This document shows positions 43,126-53,146 of a DNA stretch of 60,110 bases, in pieces. The notes under the pieces were generated by a model. It was not told the DNA's origin, ran no database searches, and saw nothing but the letters and a program-made list of their open reading frames with translations. The first letter of the stretch is position 1. Every line of letters starts with the position of its first letter. This stretch comes from a virus. Taxonomy: Duplodnaviria; Heunggongvirae; Uroviricota; Caudoviricetes. The stretch lies in IMG/VR virus record IMGVR_UViG_2541047874_000004; one strand, 5' to 3'. A program made the position numbers and the translations under genes.

Positions 43126-43548
43126 ATGTTCCTGAAAACCGAATCATTTGAATATAACGGCGTGACCGTCACGCTTTCTGAACTGTCAGCCCTGCAGCGT
43201 ATTGAGCATCTCGCCCTGATGAAACGGCAGGCAGAACAGGCGGAGTCAGACAGCAACCGGAAGTTTACTGTGGAAGACGCCATCAGAACCGGCGCGTTTC
43301 TGGTGGCGATGTCCCTGTGGCATAACCATCCGAAGAAGACGCAGATGCCGTCCATGAATGAAGCCGTTAAACAGATTGAGCAGGAAGTGCTTACCACCTG
43401 GCCCACAGAGGCAATTTCTCATGCTGAAAACGTGGTGTACCGGCTGTCCGGTATGTATGAGTTTGTGGTGAATAATGCCCCTGAACAGGCAGATGACGCC
43501 GGGCCTGCAGAGCCTGTTTCTGCGGGAAAGTGTTCGATGGTGAGCTGA
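43126..43548 (+). CDS. G: Tail assembly chaperone G
   Basis: 140 aa MFLKTESFEYNGVTVTLSELSALQRIEHLALMKRQAEQ... Confidence 0.9.
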   Translation: MFLKTESFEYNGVTVTLSELSALQRIEHLALMKRQAEQAESDSNRKFTVEDAIRTGAFLVAMSLWHNHPKKTQMPSMNEAVKQIEQEVLTTWPTEAISHAENVVYRLSGMYEFVVNNAPEQADDAGPAEPVSAGKCSMVS

Positions 43549-43964
43549 GTTTTGCCCTGAAACTGGCGCGAGAGATGGGGCGACCCGACTGGCGCGCCAT
43601 GCTTGCCGGGATGTCATCCACGGAGTATGCCGACTGGCACCGCTTTTACAGTACCCATTATTTTCATGATGTTCTGCTGGATATGCATTTTTCCGGGCTG
43701 ACGTACACCGTGCTCAGCCTGTTTTTCAGCGATCCGGATATGCATCCGCTGGATTTCAGTCTGCTGAACCGGCGTGAGGCTGGCGAAGAGCCTGAAGATG
43801 ATGTGCTGATGCAGAAAGCGGCAGGGCTTGCCGGAGGCGTCCGCTTTGGCCCGGAAGGGAATGAAGTTATCCCCGCTTCCCCGTATGTGGCGGACATGAC
43901 GGAGGATGACGTAATGCTGATGACAGTATCAGAAGGGATCGCAGGAGGAGTCCGGTATGGCTGA
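43530..43964 (+). CDS. T: Tail assembly protein T, expressed as a G-T fusion by -1 programmed frameshift
   Basis: Slippery heptamer GGGAAAG at about 43524..43530 near the end of G; the T frame runs to 43964, as in lambda. Confidence 0.8.
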   Translation: MFDGELSFALKLAREMGRPDWRAMLAGMSSTEYADWHRFYSTHYFHDVLLDMHFSGLTYTVLSLFFSDPDMHPLDFSLLNRREAGEEPEDDVLMQKAAGLAGGVRFGPEGNEVIPASPYVADMTEDDVMLMTVSEGIAGGVRYG

Positions 43965-46518
43965 ACCGGTAGGCGATCTGGTCGTTGATTTAAGTCTGGA
44001 TGCGGCCAGATTTGACGAGCAGATGGCCAGAGTCAGGCGTCATTTTTCCGGTACGGAAACTGATGCGAAAAAAACAGCGGCAGTCGTTGAACAGTCAATG
44101 AACCGGCAGGCGCTGGCTGCACAGAAAGCGGGGATTTCCGTCGGGCAGTATAAAGCCGCCATGCGTATGCTGCCTGCACAGTTCACCGACGTGGCCACGC
44201 AGCTTGCAGGGGGGCAGAATCCGTGGCTCATCCTGCTGCAACAGGGTGGTCAGGTGAAGGACTCCTTCGGCGGGATGATCCCCATGTTCCGGGGGCTTGC
44301 CGGTGCGATCACCCTGCCGATGGTGGGGGCTACCTCGCTGGCGGTGGCGACCGGAGCGCTGGCGTATGCCTGGTATCAGGGCAACTCAACCCTGTCCGAT
44401 TTCAACAAAACGCTGGTCCTTTCCGGCAATCAGGCGGGACTGACGGCAGATCGTATGCTGGCCCTGTCCAGATCCGGGCAGGCGGCAGGGCTGACGTTTA
44501 ACCAGACCAGCGAGTCACTCAGCGCACTGGTTAAGGCGGGGGTAAGCGGTGAGGCTCAGATTGCGTCCATCAGCCAGAGTGTGGCGCGTTTCTCCTCTGC
44601 ATCCGGTGTGGAGGTGGACAAGGTCGCTGAAGCCTTCGGGAAGCTGACCACAGACCCGACGTCGGGGCTGACGGCGATGGCGCGCCAGTTCCATAACGTG
44701 ACGGCGGAGCAGATTGCGTATGTTGCTCAGTTGCAGCGTTCCGGCGATGGGGCCGGGGCATTGCAGGCGGCGAACGAGGCCGCAACGAAAGGGTTTGATG
44801 ACCAGACCCGTAAACTGAAAGATAACATGGGTACGCTGGAGACCTGGGCAGACAAGACTGCACAGGCATTCAAATCCATGTGGGATGCGGTGCTGGATAT
44901 TGGTCGTCCTGATACCGCGCAGGAGATGCTGATTAAGGCAGAGGCCGCGTTTAAGAAAGCGGACGATATCTGGAATCTGCGCAAGGATGATTATTTTGTT
45001 AACGATGAAGCGCGGGCGCGTTACTGGGATGATCGTGAAAAGGCCCGTCTTGCGCTTGAAGCCGCCCGAAAGAAGGCTGAGCAGCAGAGTCAACAGGACA
45101 AAAATGCGCAGCAGCAGAGCGATACCGAAGCGTCACGGCTGAAATATACCGAAGAGGCGCAGAAGGCTTACGAACGGCTGCAGACGCCGCTGGAGAAATA
45201 TACCGCCCGTCAGGAAGAACTGAACAAGGCACTGAAAGACGGGAAAATCCTGCAGGCGGATTACAACACGCTGATGGCGGCGGCGAAAAAGGATTATGAA
45301 GCGACGCTGAAAAAGCCGAAACAGTCCGGCGTGAAGGTGTCTGCGGGCGATCGTCAGGAAGACAGTGCTCATGCTGCCCTGCTGACGCTTCAGGCAGAAC
45401 TCCGGACGCTGGAGAAGCATGCCGGAGCAAATGAGAAAATCAGCCAGCAGCGCCGGGATTTGTGGAAGGCGGAGAGTCAGTTCGCGGTACTGGAGGAGGC
45501 GGCGCAACGTCGCCAGCTGTCTGCACAGGAGAAATCCCTGCTGGCGCATAAAGATGAGACGCTGGAGTACAAACGCCAGCTGGCTGCACTTGGCGACAAG
45601 GTTACGTATCAGGAGCGCCTGAACGCGCTGGCGCAGCAGGCGGATAAATTCGCACAGCAGCAACGGGCAAAACGGGCCGCCATTGATGCGAAAAGCCGGG
45701 GGCTGACTGACCGGCAGGCAGAACGGGAAGCCACGGAACAGCGCCTGAAGGAACAGTATGGCGATAATCCGCTGGCGCTGAATAACGTCATGTCAGAGCA
45801 GAAAAAGACCTGGGCGGCTGAAGACCAGCTTCGCGGGAACTGGATGGCAGGCCTGAAGTCCGGCTGGAGTGAGTGGGAAGAGAGCGCCACGGACAGTATG
45901 TCGCAGGTTAAAAGTGCAGCCACGCAGACCTTTGATGGTATTGCACAGAATATGGCGGCGATGCTGACCGGCAGTGAGCAGAACTGGCGCAGCTTCACCC
46001 GTTCCGTGCTGTCCATGATGACAGAAATTTTGCTTAAGCAGGCAATGGTGGGGATTGTCGGGAGTATCGGCAGCGCCATTGGCGGGGCTGTTGGTGGCGG
46101 CGCATCCGCGTCAGGCGGTACAGCCATTCAGGCCGCTGCGGCGAAATTCCATTTTGCGACCGGAGGATTTACGGGAACCGGCGGCAAATATGAGCCAGCG
46201 GGGATTGTTCACCGTGGTGAATTTGTCTTCACGAAGGAGGCAACCAGCCGGATTGGCGTGGGGAATCTTTACCGGCTGATGCGCGGCTATGCCACCGGCG
46301 GTTATGTCGGTACACCGGGCAGCATGGCAGACAGCCGGTCGCAGGCGTCCGGGAAGTTTGAGCAGAATAACCATGTGGTGATTAACAACGACGGCACGAA
46401 CGGGCAGATAGGTCCGGCTGCTCTGAAGGCGGTGTATGACATGGCCCGCAAGGGTGCCCGTGATGAAATTCAGACACAGATGCGTGATGGTGGCCTGTTC
46501 TCCGGAGGTGGACGATGA
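43957..46518 (+). CDS. H: Tape measure protein H
   Basis: 853 aa; lambda order and size. Confidence 0.9.
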   Translation: MAEPVGDLVVDLSLDAARFDEQMARVRRHFSGTETDAKKTAAVVEQSMNRQALAAQKAGISVGQYKAAMRMLPAQFTDVATQLAGGQNPWLILLQQGGQVKDSFGGMIPMFRGLAGAITLPMVGATSLAVATGALAYAWYQGNSTLSDFNKTLVLSGNQAGLTADRMLALSRSGQAAGLTFNQTSESLSALVKAGVSGEAQIASISQSVARFSSASGVEVDKVAEAFGKLTTDPTSGLTAMARQFHNVTAEQIAYVAQLQRSGDGAGALQAANEAATKGFDDQTRKLKDNMGTLETWADKTAQAFKSMWDAVLDIGRPDTAQEMLIKAEAAFKKADDIWNLRKDDYFVNDEARARYWDDREKARLALEAARKKAEQQSQQDKNAQQQSDTEASRLKYTEEAQKAYERLQTPLEKYTARQEELNKALKDGKILQADYNTLMAAAKKDYEATLKKPKQSGVKVSAGDRQEDSAHAALLTLQAELRTLEKHAGANEKISQQRRDLWKAESQFAVLEEAAQRRQLSAQEKSLLAHKDETLEYKRQLAALGDKVTYQERLNALAQQADKFAQQQRAKRAAIDAKSRGLTDRQAEREATEQRLKEQYGDNPLALNNVMSEQKKTWAAEDQLRGNWMAGLKSGWSEWEESATDSMSQVKSAATQTFDGIAQNMAAMLTGSEQNWRSFTRSVLSMMTEILLKQAMVGIVGSIGSAIGGAVGGGASASGGTAIQAAAAKFHFATGGFTGTGGKYEPAGIVHRGEFVFTKEATSRIGVGNLYRLMRGYATGGYVGTPGSMADSRSQASGKFEQNNHVVINNDGTNGQIGPAALKAVYDMARKGARDEIQTQMRDGGLFSGGGR

Positions 46519-46844
46519 AGACCTTCCGCTGGAAAGTGAAACCCGGTATGGATGTGGCTTCGGTCCCTTCTGTAAGAAAGGTGCGCTTTGGTGATGGCTA
46601 TTCTCAGCGAGCGCCTGCCGGGCTGAATGCCAACCTGAAAACGTACAGCGTGACGCTTTCTGTCCCCCGTGAGGAGGCCACGGTACTGGAGTCGTTTCTG
46701 GAAGAGCACGGGGGCTGGAAATCCTTTCTGTGGACGCCGCCTTATGGTTACAGGCAGATAAAGGTGACCTGCGCAAAATGGTCGTCGCGGGTCAGTATGC
46801 TGCGTGTTGAGTTCAGCGCAGAGTTTGAACAGGTGGTGAACTGA
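46515..46844 (+). CDS. M: Tail tip protein M
   Basis: 109 aa. Confidence 0.9.
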   Translation: MKTFRWKVKPGMDVASVPSVRKVRFGDGYSQRAPAGLNANLKTYSVTLSVPREEATVLESFLEEHGGWKSFLWTPPYGYRQIKVTCAKWSSRVSMLRVEFSAEFEQVVN

Positions 46845-47542
46845 TGCAGGATATCCGGCAGGAAACATTGAATGAATGCACCCGTGCGGAGCAGTCGGCC
46901 AGCGTGGTGCTCTGGGAAATCGATCTGACAGAGGTCGGTGGAGAACGTTATTTTTTCTGTAATGAGCAGAACGAAAAAGGTGAGCCGGTCACCTGGCAGG
47001 GGCGGCAGTATCAGGCGTATCCCATTCAGGGGAGCGGTTTTGAACTGAATGGCAAAGGCACCAGTACGCGCCCCACGCTGACGGTTTCTAACCTGTACGG
47101 TATGGTCACCGGGATGGCGGAAGATCTGCAGAGTCTGGTCGGCGGAACGGTGGTCCGGCGTAAGGTTTACGCCCGTTTTCTGGATGCGGTGAACTTCGTC
47201 AAAGGAAACAGCGATGCCGATCCGGAGCAGGAGGTGATCAGCCGCTGGCGCATTGAGCAGTGCAGCGAACTGAGCGCGGTGAGTGCCTCCTTTGTACTGT
47301 CCACGCCGACGGAAACGGATGGCGCTGTTTTTCCGGGACGTATCATGCTGGCCAACACCTGCACCTGGACCTATCGCGGTGACGAGTGCGGTTATAGCGG
47401 TCCGGCTGTCGCGGATGAATATGACCAGCCAACGTCCGACATCACGAAGGATAAATGCAGCAAATGCCTGAGCGGTTGTAAGTTCCGCAATAACGTCGGC
47501 AACTTTGGCGGCTTCCTTTCCATTAACAAACTTTCGCAGTAA
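46844..47542 (+). CDS. L: Tail tip protein L
   Basis: 232 aa. Confidence 0.9.
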   Translation: MQDIRQETLNECTRAEQSASVVLWEIDLTEVGGERYFFCNEQNEKGEPVTWQGRQYQAYPIQGSGFELNGKGTSTRPTLTVSNLYGMVTGMAEDLQSLVGGTVVRRKVYARFLDAVNFVKGNSDADPEQEVISRWRIEQCSELSAVSASFVLSTPTETDGAVFPGRIMLANTCTWTYRGDECGYSGPAVADEYDQPTSDITKDKCSKCLSGCKFRNNVGNFGGFLSINKLSQ

Positions 47543-47547
47543 ATCCC

Positions 47548-48291
47548 ATGACACAGACAGAATCAGCGATTCTGGCGCACGCCCGGCGATGTGCGCCAGC
47601 GGAGTCGTGCGGCTTCGTGGTAAGCACGCCGGAGGGGGAAAGATATTTCCCCTGCGTGAATATCTCCGGTGAGCCGGAGGCGTATTTCCGTATGTCGCCG
47701 GAAGACTGGCTGCAGGCAGAAATGCAGGGTGAGATTGTGGCGCTGGTCCACAGCCACCCCGGTGGTCTGCCCTGGCTGAGTGAGGCCGACCGGCGGCTGC
47801 AGGTGCAGAGTGATTTGCCGTGGTGGCTGGTCTGCCGGGGGACGATTCATAAGTTCCGCTGTGTGCCGCATCTCACCGGGCGGCGCTTTGAACACGGGGT
47901 GACGGACTGTTACACGCTGTTCCGGGATGCTTATCATCTGGCGGGGATTGAGATGCCGGACTTTTATCGTGAGGATGACTGGTGGCGTAACGGCCAGAAT
48001 CTCTATCTGGATAATCTGGAGGCGACGGGGCTGTATCAGGTGCCGTTGTCAGCGGCACAGCCGGGCGATGTGCTGCTGTGCTGTTTTGGTTCATCAGTGC
48101 CGAATCACGCCGCAATTTACTGCGGCGACGGCGAGCTGCTGCACCATATTCCTGAACAACTGAGCAAACGAGAGAGGTATACCGACAAATGGCAGCGACG
48201 CACACACTCCCTCTGGCGTCACCGGGCATGGCGCGCATCTGCCTTTACGGGGATTTACAACGATTTGGCCGCCGCATCGACCTTCGTGTGA
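47548..48291 (+). CDS. K: Tail tip assembly protein K (MPN/JAB plus NlpC/P60-like)
   Basis: HSHP...SEADR motif and a Cys/His NlpC-like region; the start relative to the lambda annotation is uncertain; about 100 nt overlap with I. Confidence 0.8.
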   Translation: MTQTESAILAHARRCAPAESCGFVVSTPEGERYFPCVNISGEPEAYFRMSPEDWLQAEMQGEIVALVHSHPGGLPWLSEADRRLQVQSDLPWWLVCRGTIHKFRCVPHLTGRRFEHGVTDCYTLFRDAYHLAGIEMPDFYREDDWWRNGQNLYLDNLEATGLYQVPLSAAQPGDVLLCCFGSSVPNHAAIYCGDGELLHHIPEQLSKRERYTDKWQRRTHSLWRHRAWRASAFTGIYNDLAAASTFV

Positions 48292-48860
48292 AAACGGGGG
48301 CTGAAGCCATTCGGGCGCTGGCCACACAGCTCCCGGCGTTTCGTCAGAAACTGAGCGACGGCTGGTATCAGGTACGGATTGCCGGGCGGGACGTCAGCAC
48401 GTCCGGGTTAACGGCGCAGTTACATGAGGCTCTGCCTGACGGCGCTGTGATTCATATCGTTCCCAGAGTCGCCGGGGCCAAGTCAGGTGGCGTATTCCAG
48501 ATTGTCCTGGGGGCTGCCGCCATTGCCGGATCATTCTTTACCGCCGGAGCCACCCTTGCAGCATGGGGGGCAGCCATTGGGACCGGTGGTATGACCGGCA
48601 TCCTGTTTTCTCTCGGTGCCAGTATGGTGCTCGGTGGTGTGGCGCAGATGCTGGCACCGAAAGCCAGAACTCCCCGTACACAGACAACGGATAACGGTAA
48701 GCAGAACACCTATTTCTCCTCACTGGATAACATGGTTGCCCAGGGCAATGTTCTGCCTGTTCTGTACGGGGAAATGCGCGTGGGGTCTCGCGTGGTTTCT
48801 CAGGAGATCAGCACGGCAGACGAAGGGGACGGTGGTCAGGTTGTGGTGATTGGTCGCTGA
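48189..48860 (+). CDS. I: Tail assembly protein I
   Basis: 223 aa MAATHTLPLASPGMARICLYGDLQRFGRRIDLRVKTG... Confidence 0.9.
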   Translation: MAATHTLPLASPGMARICLYGDLQRFGRRIDLRVKTGAEAIRALATQLPAFRQKLSDGWYQVRIAGRDVSTSGLTAQLHEALPDGAVIHIVPRVAGAKSGGVFQIVLGAAAIAGSFFTAGATLAAWGAAIGTGGMTGILFSLGASMVLGGVAQMLAPKARTPRTQTTDNGKQNTYFSSLDNMVAQGNVLPVLYGEMRVGSRVVSQEISTADEGDGGQVVVIGR

Positions 48861-48920
48861 TGCAAAATGTTTTATGTGAAACCGCCTGCGGGCGGTTTTG
48901 TCATTTATGGAGCGTGAGGA

Positions 48921-51900
48921 ATGGGTAAAGGCAGCAGTAAGGGGCATACCCCGCGCGAAGCGAAGGACAACCTGAAGTCCACGCAGCTGCTGAGTGTGAT
49001 CGATGCCATCAGCGAAGGGCCGGTTGAAGGTCCGGTGGATGGATTAAAAAGCGTGCTGCTGAACAGTACGCCGGTGCTGGACACTGAGGGGAATACCAAC
49101 ATCTCCGGTGTCACGGTGGTGTTCCGTGCCGGTGAGCAGGAGCAGACACCGCCGGAGGGGTTTGAATCCTCCGGCTCCGAGACGGTGCTGGGTACGGAAG
49201 TGAAATATGACACGCCGATCACCCGCACCATTACGTCTGCAAACATCGACCGTCTGCGCTTTACCTTCGGCGTGCAGGCACTGGTGGAAACCACCTCAAA
49301 GGGGGACCGGAATCCGTCGGAAGTCCGCCTGCTGGTTCAGATCCAGCGTAATGGTGGCTGGGTGACGGAAAAAGACATCACCATTAAGGGCAAAACCACC
49401 TCGCAGTATCTGGCCTCGGTGGTGGTGGGTAACCTGCCGCCGCGCCCGTTTAATATCCGGATGCGCAGGATGACGCCGGACAGCACCACAGACCAGCTGC
49501 AGAACAAAACGCTCTGGTCGTCATACACTGAAATCATCGATGTGAAACAGTGCTACCCGAACACGGCACTGGTCGGCGTGCAGGTGGATTCGGAGCAGTT
49601 CGGCAGCCAGCAGGTGAGCCGTAATTATCATCTGCGCGGGCGCATTCTGCAGGTGCCGTCGAACTATAACCCGCAGACGCGGCAATACAGCGGTATCTGG
49701 GACGGAACGTTTAAGCCAGCATACAGCAACAACATGGCCTGGTGTCTGTGGGATATGCTGACCCACCCGCGCTACGGCATGGGGAAACGTCTTGGTGCGG
49801 CGGATGTGGACAAATGGGCGCTGTATGTCATCGGCCAGCATTGCGATCAGTCGGTGCCGGACGGTTTTGGCGGCACAGAGCCGCGCATCACCTGTAATGC
49901 GTACCTGACCACACAGCGCAAGGCGTGGGATGTGCTCAGTGATTTCTGCTCTGCGATGCGCTGTATGCCGGTATGGAACGGGCAGACGCTGACGTTCGTG
50001 CAGGACCGACCGTCGGATAAGGTGTGGACCTATAACCGCAGTAATGTGGTGATGCCGGATGATGGTGCGCCGTTCCGCTACAGCTTCAGCGCCCTGAAGG
50101 ACCGCCATAATGCCGTTGAGGTGAACTGGATTGACCCGAATAACGGCTGGGAGACGGCGACAGAGCTTGTGGAGGACACGCAGGCCATTGCCCGTTATGG
50201 TCGTAACGTCACGAAGATGGATGCCTTTGGCTGTACCAGCCGGGGGCAGGCACACCGAGCCGGGCTGTGGCTGATTAAAACGGAGCTGCTGGAAACGCAG
50301 ACCGTGGACTTCAGCGTGGGTGCTGAAGGGCTTCGCCATGTACCGGGCGATGTCATTGAAATCTGCGATGATGACTATGCCGGTATCAGCACCGGCGGGC
50401 GCGTGCTGGCGGTGAACAGCCAGAGCCGGACGCTGACGCTCGACCGTGAAATCACGCTGCCATCCTCCGGTACCACGCTGATAAGCCTGGTTGACGGAAG
50501 TGGCAATCCGGTCAGCGTGGAGGTCCAGTCCGTCACCGACGGCGTGAAGGTGAAAGTGAGCCGTGTTCCTGACGGCGTTGCTGAATACAGCGTATGGGGG
50601 CTGAAGCTGCCGACGTTGCGCCAGCGCCTGTTCCGCTGCGTGAGTATCCGTGAGAACGACGACGGCACGTATGCCATCACCGCCGTGCAGCATGTACCGG
50701 AAAAAGAGGCCATCGTGGATAACGGGGCGCACTTTGACGGCGACCAGAGCGGCACGGTAAATGGTGTCACGCCGCCAGCGGTGCAGCACCTGACCGCAGA
50801 AGTCACCGCAGACAGCGGGGAATACCAGGTGCTGGCGCGCTGGGACACGCCGAAGGTGGTGAAGGGCGTGAGCTTCCTGCTTCGCCTGACCGTGGCAGCG
50901 GATGACGGCCGTGAGCGGCTGGTCAGCACGGCCCGGACGACGGAAACCACTTACCGCTTCACACAACTGGCTCTGGGGAACTACAGGCTGACAGTCCGGG
51001 CAGTAAATGCGTGGGGGCAGCAGGGCGATCCGGCGTCGGTATCGTTCCGGATTGCCGCACCGGCAGCGCCGTCGCGGATTGAGCTGACGCCGGGCTATTT
51101 TCAGATAACCGCCACGCCGCATCTTGCGGTTTATGACCCGACGGTACAGTTTGAGTTCTGGTTCTCGGAAAAACGGATTGCGGATATCAGGCAGGTTGAA
51201 ACCAGCGCGCGTTATCTTGGTACGGCACTGTACTGGATAGCCGCCAGTATCAATATCAAACCGGGCCATGATTATTATTTTTACGTTCGCAGTGTGAACA
51301 CCGTTGGCAAATCGGCATTCGTGGAGGCTGTCGGTCAGCCGAGTGATGATGCATCAGGCTATCTGGATTTTTTCAAAGGCGAGATAGGGAAAACCCATCT
51401 GGCTCAGGAGCTGTGGACGCAGATTGATAACGGTCAGCTTGCGCCTGACCTGACTGAAATCAGGACGTCCATAACGGATGTCAGCAATGAAATAACACAG
51501 ACCGTCAATAAGAAACTGGAAGACCAGAGTGCAGCGATCCAGCAGATACAGAAGGTTCAGGTTGATACAAATAATAACCTGAACAGCATGTGGGCAGTGA
51601 AGCTGCAGCAGATGCAGGACGGACGCCTTTATATTGCGGGTATCGGTGCCGGTATTGAGAACACCCCTGACGGCATGCAGAGTCAGGTGCTGCTGGCAGC
51701 AGACAGGATTGCGATGATTAATCCTGCGAATGGCAACACAAAGCCGATGTTTGTTGGTCAGGGCGATCAGATATTCATGAATGAAGTGTTCCTGAAACGC
51801 CTGACGGCCCCCACCATTACCAGCGGCGGTAATCCTCCGGCATTTTCCCTGACATCAGACGGGAGACTGACGGCGAAAAATGCGGATATCAGTGGCAGTG

Positions 51901-52418
51901 TGAATGCGAACTCAGGAACGCTCAACAATGTCACGATTAACCAGAACTGTACGATTAAGGGCATGCTGGAGGCGACCCAGGTCAGAGGAGATTTCGTTAA
52001 AGCTGTATCAAAAGCCTTCCCGAAAAAAGTCGGTACGTGGGGTAACACGGAAACACCAAACGGTACGGTTACAGTCACCATCAGCGATGATCATAACTTT
52101 GACCGCCAGATTATTATTCCGCCCATTATTTTTAACGGTATAGCGTATGACGATCCGGGGAGCGGAAATAACCCAGGAGGCACGCGATACACGGGTTATG
52201 GTTTTGAAGTTCGCAAAAACGGCGTATTAATCGCATCCAGAGAAACTAAAGGGGCCATTCCCGGTAGTTACAGTGCAGTTATTGATATGCCGAGTGGCAG
52301 GGGAAGCGTCACTCTGGAGTTTAAGATTTTCCAGAAAGGCAATCAGGGGGCAGGCAATATCACCGACTGTACGGTGATTGTGACCAAAAAAGCCGCTTCC
52401 GGCATCAGTATTCGTTGA
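48921..52418 (+). CDS. J: Central tail fiber / host specificity protein J
   Basis: 1165 aa; N-terminal three quarters lambda J-like; the C-terminal receptor-binding region appears divergent. Confidence 0.85.
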   Translation: MGKGSSKGHTPREAKDNLKSTQLLSVIDAISEGPVEGPVDGLKSVLLNSTPVLDTEGNTNISGVTVVFRAGEQEQTPPEGFESSGSETVLGTEVKYDTPITRTITSANIDRLRFTFGVQALVETTSKGDRNPSEVRLLVQIQRNGGWVTEKDITIKGKTTSQYLASVVVGNLPPRPFNIRMRRMTPDSTTDQLQNKTLWSSYTEIIDVKQCYPNTALVGVQVDSEQFGSQQVSRNYHLRGRILQVPSNYNPQTRQYSGIWDGTFKPAYSNNMAWCLWDMLTHPRYGMGKRLGAADVDKWALYVIGQHCDQSVPDGFGGTEPRITCNAYLTTQRKAWDVLSDFCSAMRCMPVWNGQTLTFVQDRPSDKVWTYNRSNVVMPDDGAPFRYSFSALKDRHNAVEVNWIDPNNGWETATELVEDTQAIARYGRNVTKMDAFGCTSRGQAHRAGLWLIKTELLETQTVDFSVGAEGLRHVPGDVIEICDDDYAGISTGGRVLAVNSQSRTLTLDREITLPSSGTTLISLVDGSGNPVSVEVQSVTDGVKVKVSRVPDGVAEYSVWGLKLPTLRQRLFRCVSIRENDDGTYAITAVQHVPEKEAIVDNGAHFDGDQSGTVNGVTPPAVQHLTAEVTADSGEYQVLARWDTPKVVKGVSFLLRLTVAADDGRERLVSTARTTETTYRFTQLALGNYRLTVRAVNAWGQQGDPASVSFRIAAPAAPSRIELTPGYFQITATPHLAVYDPTVQFEFWFSEKRIADIRQVETSARYLGTALYWIAASINIKPGHDYYFYVRSVNTVGKSAFVEAVGQPSDDASGYLDFFKGEIGKTHLAQELWTQIDNGQLAPDLTEIRTSITDVSNEITQTVNKKLEDQSAAIQQIQKVQVDTNNNLNSMWAVKLQQMQDGRLYIAGIGAGIENTPDGMQSQVLLAADRIAMINPANGNTKPMFVGQGDQIFMNEVFLKRLTAPTITSGGNPPAFSLTSDGRLTAKNADISGSVNANSGTLNNVTINQNCTIKGMLEATQVRGDFVKAVSKAFPKKVGTWGNTETPNGTVTVTISDDHNFDRQIIIPPIIFNGIAYDDPGSGNNPGGTRYTGYGFEVRKNGVLIASRETKGAIPGSYSAVIDMPSGRGSVTLEFKIFQKGNQGAGNITDCTVIVTKKAASGISIR

Positions 52419-52437
52419 AATATTTATAACCCCAATA

Positions 52438-52467
52438 AAGGGCGTCAGGAATGACGCCTTTTTTATT
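52438..52467 (+). terminator. Rho-independent terminator after J
   Basis: AAAGGCGTCAGGAATGACGCCTTTTTTATT. Confidence 0.7.
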
Positions 52468-52488
52468 GCAGAAAAGCGAGAGGTAATT

Positions 52489-53088
52489 ATGCGTAAAGTT
52501 TGTGCAGCAATTTTGTCCGCAGCCATTTGTCTGGCCGTATCCGGTGCGCCTGCATGGGCGTCTGAACATCAGTCCACGCTGAGCGCGGGGTATCTTCATG
52601 CCTCGACGAACGTCCCCGGCAGTGATGATCTGAACGGGATTAACGTGAAATACCGTTATGAGTTTACGGACACACTGGGGCTGGTGACGTCATTCAGCTA
52701 TGCAGGAGACAAGAATCGCCAGCTGACCCGTTACAGCGATACCCGCTGGCATGAAGATTCCGTTCGTAACCGCTGGTTCAGCGTAATGGCGGGGCCGTCT
52801 GTGCGCGTGAATGAATGGTTCAGCGCGTATGCGATGGCGGGTGTGGCTTACAGCCGTGTGTCGACTTTCTCCGGGGATTATCTCCGCGTAACTGACAACA
52901 AGGGGAAAAAGCACGATGTGCTGACCGGAAGTGATGACGGTCGCCACAGCAACACGTCTCTGGCGTGGGGAGCTGGCGTGCAGTTTAACCCGACCGAATC
53001 CGTGGCCATTGATATTGCTTATGAAGGCTCCGGCAGTGGTGACTGGCGCACTGACGGTTTCATCGTGGGTGTCGGTTATAAATTCTGA
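52489..53088 (+). CDS. lom: Outer membrane protein Lom (Ail/Lom family)
   Basis: 199 aa with signal peptide MRKVCAAILSAAICLAVSGAPAWA and a beta-barrel ending GVGYKF. Confidence 0.9.
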   Translation: MRKVCAAILSAAICLAVSGAPAWASEHQSTLSAGYLHASTNVPGSDDLNGINVKYRYEFTDTLGLVTSFSYAGDKNRQLTRYSDTRWHEDSVRNRWFSVMAGPSVRVNEWFSAYAMAGVAYSRVSTFSGDYLRVTDNKGKKHDVLTGSDDGRHSNTSLAWGAGVQFNPTESVAIDIAYEGSGSGDWRTDGFIVGVGYKF

Positions 53089-53114
53089 TTAGCCAGGTAA
53101 CACAGTGTTATGAC

Positions 53115-53142
53115 AGCCCGCCGGTTCAGGCGGGCTTTTTTG
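53115..53142 (+). terminator. Rho-independent terminator after lom
   Basis: AGCCCGCCGGTTCAGGCGGGCTTTTTT. Confidence 0.7.
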
Positions 53143-53146
53143 TGGG

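Noticed and set aside
44515-47554. Multiple long minus-strand ORFs (44515..45093, 45133..45663, 45609..46127, 46111..46776, 46748..47554)
   Set aside because: Antisense to tape measure H and tail tip M/L genes identified by homology; no independent evidence.
49521-51269. 582-aa minus-strand ORF and 50375..50950 minus-strand ORF
   Set aside because: Antisense inside J; J is the homology-supported frame.
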